From assembly GCA_951406725.2 (NCBI GenBank), contig OX597814.1, positions 43,772,001 to 43,836,000 on the forward strand: DNA of 64,000 nucleotides, written 5' to 3'. Shown piece by piece: positions 39,793 to 53,900 of this stretch. Below the pieces are notes generated by a model. The model was not told the origin of the DNA, did no database searches, and saw only the letters and a program-made list of their open reading frames with translations. The DNA is from Octopus vulgaris (taxonomy: Eukaryota). The position numbers and the translations under genes were made by a program. Position 1 is the first letter of the stretch. Each line of letters opens with the position of its first letter.

Positions 39793-41230
39793 TATTATAT
39801 CAGTTAACAAGGCTACTAATGGTTACATCTAAAAAGAAAGGAATCTGTTAACAGTTAACTAGTTTACCGCGTGGGAACGTCGTTATTGGTTTACATTTTG
39901 AACGGACGCAAACAGACGGAAGAGTTTCATCTGATTGCGTCTATAGTTCAAATTCTCATAAGTATTGAGTTGATGTAATCGACTAGTCCTCTCCTCTGAA
40001 AACCTCTGGCCTTCACGCGCAACTATACTTCTGCCACGCCACCTTAACTATATGCACAGTAAACGTTTTCCATAATTGACATCTGATTCTCGAATTTAAT
40101 TGTTTTACTGTTTATAGGAGATGCACTATTGGATATCTAAAGATCATATTTCTATTGCACCTATTCAAGTGATCGCTATAATTGAACTGAAAGGCCGGCC
40201 TGAATATATTTCTTGAAGAAATGATTTTATTAGATCTGCGATAAGGTTCATTTTATAGAGTTACCACTATCATCCGTTCAATGTTTCGGTTAACGTTAGG
40301 TAAATTAGGAAAGAATTTATGAAACATGTACAGACTATATCACTTCGATATTCACATCTTATAATAATTCTGCTTGTCATTGCGTTAAATAGCCAGTCGG
40401 TAATGCTTTCACGGGACTAGAGAAATAGAGAAAATAAAGAAAACAGAGAGAGAGGAAAACGGGGGGAAAGGAGAGTGTGAGAAGTGTCCATGAGAGAGGG
40501 ACACAGAAAAAAGAGGATGAGGTGAAGAGTGAGATAGAAAAAGGGAAATAGAAACAGAGCGACAGACGTTAGAGAGAGAAAGGAGGGATAGAAAAAGGGG
40601 AAAGAGAAGCGGGTGAGAGACAGGAAGGAGAGAGTGGAGGGAAATAGAGGAGGGAGAGAGAGATGAGCGAGTCAGATGAGGGAAAGGGAATGGGGAAAGA
40701 TAGATGATGATGTTGTTGTTTTTGTTTGTGGAGGTGTTGGCGGTGATTGGACAGTGGAAAGGGTATTTTTGAAAAGTTTTTTTTATATCACCTATCACTT
40801 GACGCATTCGCATAATTGCAAGTCCGTGAAATGTTCACGCTCATTTACGTGGCAGATATATGCCGTTTAACCAAACGTTGTATCATACGTACGGGATATT
40901 CTTTTGTTTTTCTGGAGGAAATAGAAAAATAAGAGTGAATATTTGTTTCATTAGTGCCGTGTATTAAGTCTATAGAATTGTGCTTACGTATATAGAGTAT
41001 ATATATATATATATATATATATATTTGAGTAATTGAATGAATTATCTTATTAAGGATAATTCGAAAGATAACCGATACCTGGGTAGCAAATTCACATCAG
41101 AAAGAACACGGTTGAAGCTACGTCCCTAGGGTATAGACTACGTGTCTTCGTGCGGAAATTTGTATGTTTATTTTAAAATTATAAGTATATGAAAGAATGG
41201 AGTTGAACGACTAGTTAACAAATATCCTTT

Positions 41231-41315
41231 ATTCTCGACATATGTTTCGAAGGCTGCATATTCCTAATTCCGAGGGAATAAAGAGTACATTATGCAGATT
41301 TCTCATCAGGAAAAT
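41231..41315 (-). ncRNA. Type I hammerhead ribozyme motif (left arm)
   Basis: Reverse complement of 42657-42741; core intact. Confidence 0.8.
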
Positions 41316-42656
41316 CAAGGAACTTATGTCGACATCAAAATGCACAAAAACTTTTAGCTGACCGCTCTCAAGGAGCCCATGGCGATAATGAGTGTCTCTT
41401 TATAATGAGTGACGTCAGAGTGGCTGAATGTAGAAGAATCTAGAAGTTTCTACAGGTTTAAGAGTTCAAACGAAGTAGGAGGAGGGAGGCATAAGAATAG
41501 TAAGGTGAGAGAGTGCAGGTCAAAAGAATGGTGGGTTTAAATGATTTCTTCTGTGGATGAGTGCCTGTGTGTGAGACTGTACATAACTGTCTTAATGTGT
41601 GTATGTGTGTGTCTGAATGCGTGATTGTGTTTGTGGATGGGTAGATGTCAGAAAACTGACAGCTGTGAGTTGAAAGCTCTGTATCTGTGTGTTCGATTAT
41701 GTTTACTGTAGGGAAAAGAAAGTAGATAGCGAAAGGGAGAAAGAATCGGGCGAGGTGAGTGGCAACGCAAGAATGGATAGTAGTAATTGGGAATATAAGA
41801 AAATCTTTTTTGACTATTGGGGTGAAATATAGAAAAAAATCTTTTTTTTTTAATTTAAAAAAATTTTTTGGGGAAATCGAGGGGTTATCTATATTAGTCA
41901 CTATTTATATGAATGAAAGGTGTGTCTTTTCCAGTGTAAGCACCTGTAGGATCTTTCGACGATTGTGTTTATTAAATAGCCTTTGGCGAACAAAGGCCTT
42001 TTAATAAACACAATCGTCGAAAGATACTACAGGTGCTTACACTGGAAAACACACACCTTTCATTCATATAAATAGTGACTAATATAGATAACCCCTCGAT
42101 TTCCCCCCCCCAATTTTTTTTTTTTTTAATAATTTTTTCTATATTTCACCCCAATAATCAAAAAAGATTTTCTTATATTCCCAATTACTACTATCCATTC
42201 TTGCGTTGCCTCTCACCCCGCCCGATTCTTTCTCCCTTTCGCTATCTACTTTCCTTTCCCTACAGTAAACATAATCGAACACACAGATACAGAGCTTTCA
42301 ACTCACAGCTGTCAGTTTTCTGACATCTACCCATCCACAAACACAATCACGCATTCAGACACACACATACACACATTAAGACAGTTATATACAGTCTCAC
42401 ACACAGGCACTCATTCACAAAAGAAATCATTTAAACCCACCATTCTTTTGACCTGCACTCTCTCACCTTACTATTCTTATGCCTCCCTCCTCCTACTACG
42501 TTTGAACTCTTGAACCTTTAGAAACTTCTAGATTCTTCTACATTCAGCCACTCTGACGTTACTCATTATAAAGAGACACTCATTATCGCCATGGGCTCCT
42601 TGAGAGCGGTCAGCTAAAAGATTTTTGTGCATTTCGATGTCGACATAAGTTCTTTG

Positions 42657-42741
42657 ATTTTCCTGATGAGAAATCTGCATAATGTACTCCTTATTCCTTC
42701 GGAATTAGGAATATGCAGCCTTCGAAACATATGTCGAGAAT
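42657..42741 (+). ncRNA. Type I hammerhead ribozyme motif (right arm)
   Basis: attttc CTGATGA g aaat ctgcat...attcc ttc ggaat...atgcag cctt c GAAA catatg TC gagaat. Stem I is attttc/gagaat, stem II is extended, stem III is the palindrome ACATATGT, the triplet is GUC, and AATAAA follows immediately. Confidence 0.8.
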
Positions 42742-42786
42742 AAAGGATATTTGTTAACTAGTCGTTCAACTCCATTCTTTCATATA

Positions 42787-42910
<124 letters not shown>

Positions 42911-45283
42911 GCATTAAGTAATCATCGTAATCCAAATTATCTCACTTTTCAATGAATAGTAGATTAGCGACTATCTTTCCATGCCGACAAAACACATGCT
43001 ACGCTTTCAGCATTTTTGGATAAATATTTCAGAAATAACCCAATAGGTTTTCCATTAATTCCGTGAAATATTCACGGGTCACGTTAACATATATTAATCG
43101 ATGTAGTTTATCTATAAACTCATGGGTTGCAGTAAATTGGACAGAAGACGACGTTGATATATACAAAAAACATAGGACTTGCAAGGCTGGAAACGAATAA
43201 ATTAGTCGATGCTCTTTCTGATAGTAGACTTTCTGTTCAACCAATCGATGATGTTCATAAAGTTGTCTGTTTATTAAAGAACACCGATAATTATAACGCA
43301 ACAAATGCCGAATGTCCAAATATTTATATAACAGAGAAATTAAAGAAGTAACGGAAAAGTTATCTCAATAGTGATATCAATATTAGATGTTTAATATTTT
43401 ATCAATTTTCGTTTGCATGACGATTGTAAAGGCTAGTATGAAGCCTCAACAGGAAAACGTTAACAACATCTGAAATAAATATCAATAAATTATGGTTGTA
43501 TGATGTCGAAGTATATTACAGATACTATTGACGATATATTTTGTTTATTATAGAAGTTGACCACCATTAATTTCGCTCTGTTCGCAATCCAAAAATCAAT
43601 AAACAATGTTTTGTTAATATGTACCCTTCGACTACCAAATAGACGTGTAATCATTCAGCAGTAAAACATAAATCATTTAATCGTCGATCAATCGATAGAA
43701 CATATCTACAACTTTAGCAACAGACTCAGCAGATCGATACAATTATAATTGGTTTTCTTCGTTTGAATTTGTTGTCGTTGTTATTACTTGTTTGATACTA
43801 TTTGTTTCGTTTATTATATTTGTAATGTAGGAATAGGAATAATAACCAGTAATAGTGAAACGAGCGATAATGTATATAATCATAAGCATCTTTTGTTAAA
43901 CAAGAGAAGATATGCGAAGATCAATGCTTTGCAATTTGTCGTAACATGATATGTTTGTGTGTGTGCGTGTGTTTGTGTGTATGTATATATGTATATATGT
44001 ATGTATATATATATATATATACACGTACATACCTACAAAACAATAAACAGAACTACTAGCATCTATGTATGAGAATGAGTGTATACATATGTCTCTGTAT
44101 GTGTGTCCTGAACGTATAACAGCGTTTTATTGTGTCCTTGTCTTTTTATTGGAAATATGCATAATCAACTGAATATATTATCAAGGACAAGGAGAAGAAC
44201 ATGTGAACTCGTGTGCTTATCACACACTAGAGCAATGGTTTAATATTATTTAGACATAATATATCGAACAAGTATCAAAGAAATTACTTCAAAGTGTGCA
44301 CAATAACTTGCCAGCGTTAAAAATAAAATCTATTTCGCTAGATTATATGATATGCACTTTACTTTTGTCGGCTGGATAAGTTAAGACCTAACAGAGGAAA
44401 CATCATGGTATCATCAGCAACAATGAATTTATATAAAACCGATGGCAGAATACAAACCACTATTTCCATTGTAAATATATAGCACTACACATGCTGTAGT
44501 AACATATGAGTATGAAGAATGTTTAAATAGTTGTTCTATTCATTAGAATAGTTTACGATGTGTAATTTTTAGCTTCATGATTATGGAAATATTTTTAATG
44601 TCTGATATATTAGCACTTATACGAATATTCCTTCAGTTTTTTTCTAGAAACTACTGGTTAAACTTTGAGAAAAGTTAAGCAATGGAAACAAATTAGCGTA
44701 ATAAAATATAAATCTTATAAAATATTCAGTTTGGAAGGTTGAACTATGTAAAGTAAGGGATGTTAGATTGGATAACGTTGGCACTTTTCACAAAGTACAC
44801 ATGGAAACAGGTGAACCAGTTACTGTTACTCCTCGAAAGAATATTGCGTGCCTAATTCGATATTGAACCAGCTGAAGAGTATTTATGGTTAAATTTATTT
44901 CTTACATATATAATGTAAATGAGAACGAATACTTGATTTATTTGCGAAGGTAAAGAACATGTTTAACCGTCATAAATTTCTCCAGAGTACTTTCTAAAAG
45001 TGATTACTTTATTATATTACGTTCTTTAGATTATTGTACGTGGGTATGAGAAATGTATTACCCCTCATTCAGTTAAATACTGAATTAAAATCAATGTTTA
45101 ATAGTTGAAATCTGTGTAATGTTCCGTAGGTTTGTTATTGGTATGTACATGAATACATAAACAAAGTGTAAATTAAATAACCTACACATATGTACATATA
45201 CACAGAAGAGTATACATACTTACTGAGAGAGATTTTCTGTGCTCGAATATATATTGTATTATATTATATTATACTATATCATA

Positions 45284-45692
45284 CTAGCAGCTAAGCCCGG
45301 TTTCACTCGGTCTGTTTGGATGATGTGGCTGTGATCGTTTTCAGTTAGGCATAGTCTATAACAGCGTTTGTCAACCTTATCATTTTGGGTCCCCTGTTTC
45401 GATTGGAGCCTTCAGCTATATGAAAATTTCCTGACCTCACCCCGTCAGGAAACAGCTTCTAAGCAACTGGTTGTTGTAATGGCAGAAGAAAGAGGGAAAT
45501 TCCATTAGAAAAAAGTTTTAATCGATTTTCTCGCTAAGTATGATGTTAGGAAAAAATAGAAACTGCATTCCAATCTATGCCCCTGTCTCCACATGTGTGC
45601 CATTTTTCACGCGAATCCACCCATCCGTTTGGCTGCGAACCTCAAAACAAGAAAGAATACAACGATCACCCATGTCCAATTTATATTATAGA
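45284..45692 (-). mobile_element. Non-autonomous Helitron (~410 bp)
   Basis: Minus strand begins A|TCTATAATATAAA and ends gaccgagtgaaaccgggc (hairpin) ttagctg CTAG|T, i.e. inserted between A and T without a TSD. Confidence 0.85.
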
Positions 45693-46967
45693 TTATATTA
45701 TACTTTATTATACTTTATTATATCATATACATGTAAGGCAATGACAGTATCGCTTGCGTTATTCATACCGATTCTCAGCTGTGTGAGCTCAAATCACTCC
45801 ATCAGCTTTGATTTTTATTGTTTTATGATCGGTACAAACAGAACCACCTCTTCAAATGCAGGCAACGTTTGAATACAAAAAATTGTATAATTTTGTCCCT
45901 GTTTGTTGCTACTGATATTAGTTTCCCTTTATACTTTTCAAAAAGTGTTTGTAAGATATTTGACAGTGAATTTCATTGTTTTGGAGGTGCTCATGCACTC
46001 ACTTTCGAAGTAACTATGTCATTTTTCTCTCTACTTTTGAAAATTATATTCAAAATGAAGTTATGGCTATTTTCTCCGTTTCTAGTGCCACTAATTCATT
46101 CCTTTTGATTCCAGTTGATTATATTCTAAGTATTTACAATGCAAGCTACAATATTAATATTACATTATTTTAATGTTTGCATTGCACTTAGATCTGTTTT
46201 AAATATTTTTCTAATTATTTAACTTCTGCTCCCTACTGGACATCTGTCCGCACTTCGAGGCTTCCGTACCGTACAGATTTCGCATGGCACAGTTTGACCG
46301 TCTCTAGCCGAAGCATTTTTCTTTACTACTGAAATAGAGGTTGTTAGTAGTCTCTCGTCAACTTATGGCGCAGTGATTTTAACTCATTCACTATTTATTG
46401 ATGCTGGAAGCTTGAAACGCGAAATTGACAACATTCGTATTTGAACGCATTCCGCACGGAAAGTATATTACAAAGCAACCTATCCGATGCGGAAATGATT
46501 CTGTTACTTCGACATTCAAAAATACATCAATAATATATATTACAAACGTTTTATAATTGATTGCGTATTTGGCTTTCTCTTGAGTATTTGCTGCAAAGTA
46601 AATGAACATTTTTGTTCGTTGTATCTATCATCATCTACCTAATATGCAGTTCCTATATTTTCTAGTTAATCTTTCAAAGGAAGGTGGCGAGCAGGTGAAC
46701 CCTATAGCAAGCCGGACAAATTGGTTATCGACATTTTATTCGTCTTTGCTTTCTGGGTTCTGCCGGGGTTAACTTTGTCTTTCATCCATTTGGGGATCGA
46801 TAAAATGAGTACCAGTTGAGCACTGAGATGGATGAAATTCACTACCACTTTCGTACAATTGCTAGCATTATATCAAAATTGAAATCAGTATTTCTGCGAA
46901 GTTTCTTTGCTGCCTATTGTCTGGATTACATTTCGTGTAGACTTCCCTTCTAAATACAGAAGTAAAT

Positions 46968-47355
46968 GATGGAAGCACTCCGTCGGTTACGACGACGAGG
47001 GTTCCGGTTGATCCGAATCAACGGAACAGCCTTCTCGTGAAATTAACGTGTAAGTGGCTGAGCACTCCACAGACACGTGTACCCTTAACGTAGTTCTCGG
47101 GGATATTCAGCGTGACACAGAGAGTGACAAGGCCGGCCCTTTCAAATACAGGTACAACAAAAACAGGAAGTAAGAGTGAGAGAAAGTTGTGGTGAAAGAG
47201 TACAGCAGCGATCACCACCATCCCCTGCCGGAGCCTCGTGGAGCTTTAGGTGTTTTCGCTCAATAAACACTCACAACGCCCGGTCTGGGAATCGAAACCG
47301 CGATCCTATGACCACGAGTCCGCTGCCCTAACCACTGGGCCATTGCGCCTCCACT
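46968..47355 (-). mobile_element. tRNA-derived SINE family B, full length, with 13-bp TSD
   Basis: A and B boxes are present. tacagaagtaaat occurs at both 46955-46967 and 47356-47368. Confidence 0.95.
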
Positions 47356-47479
47356 TACAGAAGTAAATACACATCCCATAAAATCATTATGCTTATTCTA
47401 ACTTGTAAAGGTTTCAATCTTTTTTTATTAATTGACATTTTTATGTTTCAGGTTCTAAATGTGACTGTTTCATCGTGCC

Positions 47480-48512
47480 ATGTACAAATGAAAACTTGTA
47501 ACTGTCTAAATTTCTGAGAGGCCGCATCACAGTCGTTCTGAAGGTGGATATACCGAAAAATCGCAATAAACTTTGGGATTCCTCTTTCTACATTTAATGA
47601 GTGATTGTGCAATTCACCAGAGATGGGAAGGATTTCACATCACCTCGCCCAGATCAGCAAGGCCCTCGACACTTCTCTTAACAAAGAGAAGTGTGGAGGT
47701 TAATCCTCGTTGCAATCCATCTGACATAGCAGAACAAATTAATGTCAGTTTCAGAACAGCTGTCAGGTATCTTCACTAACTTGGTTATTATGGCAGAGCA
47801 GCAAGAGGGAGGCCACTTCTTCGACCAGCCAACATCAAGCAGAGAAAAGATTGGGTCAGTGAAATGGTTGAGAGGCCAGTAGCATTTTGGGACACTGTCT
47901 TATTCTCTGGTGGGTCCAGCTTTGATGATTTCTTGACAGTGATCGAGTGTGGGTCTGGAAAGCGTGATCAAGAATTTGATGTGAAAAGATTGCAGCCAAC
48001 AATGAAACGCGGCAGCTATTCTGTGATGGCATGGGGATCAATTTGGAGTAATGGTTGATCAGAGCTGGTGGAATGTGAGGGAAACATGAACTCATATAAA
48101 TATGTGTTCATATTGCAGAAAGGAGTCCTTCCAATCTTCTCAGGTGGTGAAATGATTAAAGAACACTTTATTTATGGAAGATGAGGTTCCTTGCACACGG
48201 CCTTATTTATGGAAGATGAGGTTCTATGTCATACGGCTAAAATGACCCAAGACTTTTGGGATTGGAATGGCCAAAGTTTCCATGGTCAAGCCAGTCACCA
48301 GATACCAACCCTATTGGGGATCTCTGGGAGATAATGGACATGGCCCTTTATAAAATGAACAAGAAAACATATTCAAAGCCAAATCTTTTGAGATTACTGC
48401 ATGAAATTTGGCAAGAAAATTCCGTAAAAGAATATTCGTCATCTGATCGGTAACATGCCTAATAGGGTCCTTGCATTGAAAAAAAGCAAAGGGTATATCT
48501 ACTAAATATTAG
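47480..48512 (+). pseudogene. Tc1/mariner transposase relic (DD34E-type)
   Basis: GRAARGRPLL, FWDTVLFS, PTMKRGSYSVMAWG, EGNMNSYKY, HTAK, PWSSQSPDTNPIGDLW, MPNRV..TKY*. Many stops and frameshifts, a 35-bp internal duplication at 48168-48238, and no TIRs recognised. Confidence 0.9.
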
Positions 48513-48999
48513 GTATTCATACTATAACAATTAATAAATAATTTGAATGTATAATTTCAGATTTAAATAAATTTATATGATTATAAGTGTGTTTATTTAC
48601 TTCTGTTATGCTTATGTATACGTATGGGGTGCTGCAATATTTCTAACTGCTCGGTATTTCGTCTGTCTGTACGTCTGACTCTGCCTCTCATCTTTTTGGG
48701 TTCGATCTATTCGACTGGCCCCCTCCCAAAAAAGTTTGGGACTTGTGCCTAGAGTAGAAAAGAATATTTGTAACTGCTTCTGCATTTTTCTCACTACATA
48801 TACATATATGCTTATCAAAAAAAAAAAGCCTGAATATTCTCTCATAGAACATTTGACGCCAAGTCTCTACAAGTTTAAGCTTTGAGTTAAATGTATTAAT
48901 GTTAGGGAGATAAATGTATTGAGATAATACGTCTCTTCTAACATGGTCGAAATTCGTCTTCTTATAATTCAGAGTTTTTATGTATCTTTAAAATACTTT

Positions 49000-49900
49000 G
49001 CCATTTATCCACATTTTCTTTGATGTACATGCATACGATTAATCTAAGTAGTCACAGCGAAAGTAACCTAAATGTACGGAGAGTGAAATACTCTCCTTTT
49101 ACTTTCGAGTCGTTGTTTATGGTGTTTTTGAGCAGTAATTGATATTTAGAACAATACAAGATTATGAAGCGTCACATTTCTCTTAAATAGCTGATAGAAT
49201 TTTGAAGTGATTGATTCCCACCCTGTAATATAATTACTTTTAAACCCTTTTTATGCAACAGGCTAGTAGATTACAGGTTTCTTTTCAGTTCAAGTTAAGG
49301 ATTACGATGTTTTACCCAAGGTGTGTTTTTGGGTGTAGTTTCTAACATTTTCGCTCAATATTTGAAATTGTTAAACATTTTTCTCGAATACATGGTATAT
49401 AGAAGATTATCACTTCCTGGAACTTATAATGACAAGAATTCTCTTTTAGTTGCGTCTTCAATTATAATATATTGGTACTGCATCTCAAATATGTTTACCT
49501 TAGGCACCTGTTATTTTGATCGTTGTCATGTATCACGATCGACAGACTCTCAATACTCCACATGAAAACGAAAATGTCTAATTCTTGTACTGTTGGTGGT
49601 TTATATTGATTTACATTCTATTTGTGCTTTTGATCTTGGTAAAATGGTTTGGAGTTGGTATTGATCAGTTTGTGTTATTCAAAGAATCTTTGTCATTTTT
49701 CACAGTGATGAATTCTTTTGCGATTTAGCGATCGGCGCTTGTATTCAGGTGGTCATTGATTTCGGGTTTTTGTTACATCTCATATTTTGTCTCATTGTTG
49801 TCTTCGGCTGAGTCTTTTAGTTCTTGACTCTAATAAATATTTTGAGATCGTTACTATCATATTCCTTTTTTTCTCGGTATGTTGCCTTCAATGTCTTTGC
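49000..49900 (-). mobile_element. Possible very old PLE reverse transcriptase relic
   Basis: Only faint motifs on the minus strand (EFITVKNDKDSLNN, cf. the AFITLKDHKENF.N motif). Confidence 0.3.
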
Positions 49901-50795
49901 AATCCAATAGGTTTCGAAAAATTACCTGTTATGTGGACGATGAAGTAGGCTAGCCCAATACGTAGATATAGTGGGAGAAGCCTAGACATCAGAGTACAGA
50001 CTAGAACACAGTTGAGTAGCGGTCGGAGTAAAGAAGAGTTGAGTAGAAGGCATCCAAACGTGCGACATAACACTTGTATGTTTTAAATTGTAATTATCGT
50101 GGCTCTAGTCAGTTTATATAGATTTTAGTAAAAGGTTCAATTATGTTTCCAGTGATTATGTTTGGGAGTTTTGTTATTATTATGTAATGTTACGATCACA
50201 TTTAGCGTCGGACTTCGATCATTTGTCTGTTTACTCTTTATATTAATTTTTGAATTATTTCCAGGTATTGAATATTTTCACGAATATGCTTTATTGTATT
50301 AAAGTTACTTATAAGATTTTAACTCATTCTCAAACGTAATCCGGGAGACCTAAGACGAAAAGCATGCCAGCTGTGAAAAATCTGTCATTTTTTTTTTTGT
50401 TTTTTCTTTTGCATGAATGTATGAGTTGAATTTGTAAGGGTTTTTCACGGTTTCTGAAAATCTTACTTTCCTAGGCGTTCTGTGTTATAATACACTAGTG
50501 TGAATATTATTCCTTCATTTACTGATTTTGTTATTTTATTCCTGTTAATATCCTACACTGAGTGCGGTTGAGATATGTTTCATGTATTCTGAATACCAAT
50601 ACAGCATATCTACATTCGTTTCTTTGTTATTTCAACTAAAATGCTCGAATTATGGTATCTAATATATGGGGTTTTTTTGGCTGTTGCTTATTCCATTTCA
50701 TTATTTATAGTGTATATATATGGTGGCTTTTTTATTTTCAGTTTATTGTTGTTAATATCGTTGTGATTAGTGACTGAATTACACGTTGAATACGT

Positions 50796-50852
50796 CATAT
50801 CCAGCTATGGCATCTCCAGCTATGGCATCTCCAGCTATGGCATCTCCAGCTA
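50796..50852. repeat. 15-bp tandem repeat (CATCTCCAGCTATGG) x~4
   Basis: Direct reading. Confidence 0.9.
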
Positions 50853-51833
50853 CTGTCACCATGTGACATCTGGGTATTGCAAAGAATTCGGGTGTTTAGT
50901 TGCCGTGTATCACCTAGGTTTGTTCACAGAAGCCATCATTTATTTATATTTTTTTTAGATTCTACTTTATTTTGCTAAAGTGGAAAATCGACATTGTGTA
51001 TGGGAATAATTGTTAAAAGGAAAACCATTTGCGATGGTCAAATTGCATGAAAATGTTAAGATGTGTGATCGCAATAATGACACAATATGTCATCCTTGAT
51101 AAACTCTAGGACAGCATGTATTGTGTTTCTTTGTTTTTATATCGTTACTCAGTGATGATTTGTCATACAACGTTCTTTTGTATTATACTAATCTGATTCA
51201 CTCTGCTCTGCTTTCCGTCATTGTTTGCTGAGATCGCATGTTAGGTTTCTATTTTGAGCATTTTCAAAATAAGGAAACATTCGAATAAATCATTGTCAAA
51301 TGTAATAAGTGTTCAAATAACCTCTTTTTTTAATTATCTACTTGGTTTAGATGACGTTATCACATCCTTTTTCGCTCTTACTACGGAATTCAGTTTCATA
51401 TAACTATTCGTTTTTGTTTGTCTTTTGTTCGAGTATATTCTATACAATGTAGCAGCTTCTATTATCTTATATAATCGCAGTAAATGCGAAAATATTTACA
51501 ATTATTTTGCATGCCCACTGTCTCATTATTTAATACATGCACTATTTGATACACGTTAAAAACACTGAACTGTAGTTGTAAATGTTGATACAGAAATATT
51601 GTCCGATGTCCCGTACAATTTTTATCTCTTTCATATCAAGAGTTACGTAATATCCAAAGATTTGACAATGCAATTTGCTTAAAATTGAAAGACATAAAAT
51701 ATAGCATGACCAAATAATTTATGAACCATCTCTTCTGATGTGTGGTTTCGATATATATTCTCTGGCCCTAAGTATAATGACCGGTCTAATGAAGCACTCT
51801 ACAGTACGGCTTCACGCAGTTTTCTCATTGCAT

Positions 51834-51873
<40 letters not shown>

Positions 51874-52700
51874 TAGGCTTTTCTTTTTATTGTTACGTGC
51901 TATTCGGTGTGTTTGTTAATACCGTTGCGATGAATGACTCAGTTATACGTTTAATACGTCATCTCCAGCTATGTAATCTCCACGTACGAAACACGACACA
52001 GTAGCGCATCATTACACATACATACTCACACACTAGTCCCATTTGTACACACACCAGAACGTACACACACACTCATAGACACAAACACGCACATACCAGA
52101 GATATTCATATCATACATCCACAGGAGATTTAAACATACACTCAGCCACCCATGCAGATATGCACGCAGCACATACCTCCACACGCAAGTATTGAGAATA
52201 TGCGTATTCGCACGTAGCAGACGTATTCATACGTATACACAATCATACATTAACACCACACACTCGCACATACATACACACACACAGCAAATAGTAGCTC
52301 GCACACTCAGCCACATTTGCATAGTACCCAGTCACATGCACCAGATACACACAGGTACACACATCAGCACGCACCCACGAGCTCATGTAATCAAGACACA
52401 CAAACATGCACAAATAAACATGGCAGACACACACGGACAAATACTAGTTGCACACACACACACATTCAGGCAGAAGGGCCGCCTAATCCGACAGTTACAC
52501 AAGCGAATTGGTATCGCTGACAATTCCCATCTCATATTACAGTCAAGGAAATCTGGTCAAACAAACGGTCCTAGATTTACAAATTGTGACAAGTTTATGT
52601 ATGTGTGTGTGTGTATGCACGTATGTGTGAACGTGTGTGTGTGTGTATGTGTTTGTCCGCCACCACTTGACAACCGATCTTGGTGAGTTTACCTATATAT

Positions 52701-52777
<77 letters not shown>

Positions 52778-52796
52778 TCAATAAATGGTGAGGTTG

Positions 52797-52955
52797 TGCC
52801 ACATAGACTCATGCGCGAAAGACTTAAACTCCAAATTCTATATATTCCCCTTCTACCAATGTGAAGACGGCATCACCACACAGGAGAGAATTAACAAGGA
52901 GAATCTCTTTATTGAAAAATTCCAAACACAACTTAACATACAAACTCCTCGTTGA
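52797..52955 (+). pseudogene. PLE GIY-YIG endonuclease C-terminus (5'-truncated Neptune-like copy next to (TA)n)
   Basis: CHIDSCAKDLNSKFYIFPFYQCEDGITTQERINKENLFIEKFQTQLN, with the R..KE..FI......LN motif; related to the end of 5781-7090. Confidence 0.8.
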
Positions 52956-53577
52956 TCAAACTTCCCTTTTCTACCCCATTCTTCATGGATGGACTCACAC
53001 AAATATATATGGATACCATAGATTCATCACTTCAAGCAAAAACTTATACTCTTTAAATATCATTTTTACTATTGTTGTTATTACCATCATCTTTATTATT
53101 TATGATATAATAATCTGAAATGCAATTGTCTATGCAAATTTATATAATTAGAAAATAATATAAATAAAATGTTAAAATCTGAAAGTTAAATTAACAAACA
53201 ATTATATAAAAAAGATAATGCAAATGAAGCTAAAATTACAATTTTATAATTTGGGGTTTATCAGCAGCTTTTATTTAAGAACTCAAAAGAGTTGTCTCCC
53301 CTTATTCACAACACAGGAACTGAAGAACCACAATTACTACTACTTCCTGTTTTGCCAACATCCTAAATTAAACCAAACAACACATGGCCTTAATCCCATT
53401 GGATCTTAATACCTCAAGGTACATTTTTCATGAACAATTATTAAACTCAAGATACACAACAATGTATCGGAGTACTTATTTTTTAATTTTTATACATATT
53501 TACTACTATTATTCTTTTGCAAAAAACAATGAAACTTTTTTCCCCTTTCTCATTTTTAAAAAACCTTTTCACCTAAC

Positions 53578-53619
53578 TATTCTTGATAAGTCAAACTATG
53601 ACGAAAACCGGTTTGAATA
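53578..53619 (+). ncRNA. Degenerate minimal hammerhead motif downstream of PLE fragments
   Basis: tattc TTGATAA gtca aacta tgac GAAA accggt tt gaata. Stems I and II are intact, the core has two substitutions, and ACCGGT is palindromic. Confidence 0.6.
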
Positions 53620-53706
53620 AATATATATTTCTATATTTTTTCATTTTCTCAATTCATTAGAATTTTCTTTCAATCGAGCATTCTGCATTTATACAATTTT
53701 TCATTG

Positions 53707-53774
<68 letters not shown>

Positions 53775-53777
<3 letters not shown>

Positions 53778-53900
53778 TAGGTGAATGAATTATCCTAGTA
53801 TTGATAATTCGATTGACCGATACCAGAGTAGCAAATATGTGTTGAAATTAAAGGAATTTTGTTAAAATTCTCGTTCAACTCCATTCTTTTATTCATTTTA
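53775..53900. mobile_element. Miniature element sharing both termini with 41025-42791, in (TA)n
   Basis: The left part gaatgaattatc..gataattcga..accgatacc.g.gtagcaaat matches ~41036-41091. The right part tcgttcaactccattcttt matches 42762-42780. Confidence 0.75.

Noticed and set aside
43120-43351. Possible host exon (65-aa ORF in non-repetitive sequence)
   Set aside because: No recognisable domain, no convincing splice pair, and no neighbouring exons.
47270-47355. tRNA gene
   Set aside because: A and B boxes are present, but the sequence continues into a multi-copy SINE body with a TSD. The same applies to the other tRNA-like heads.
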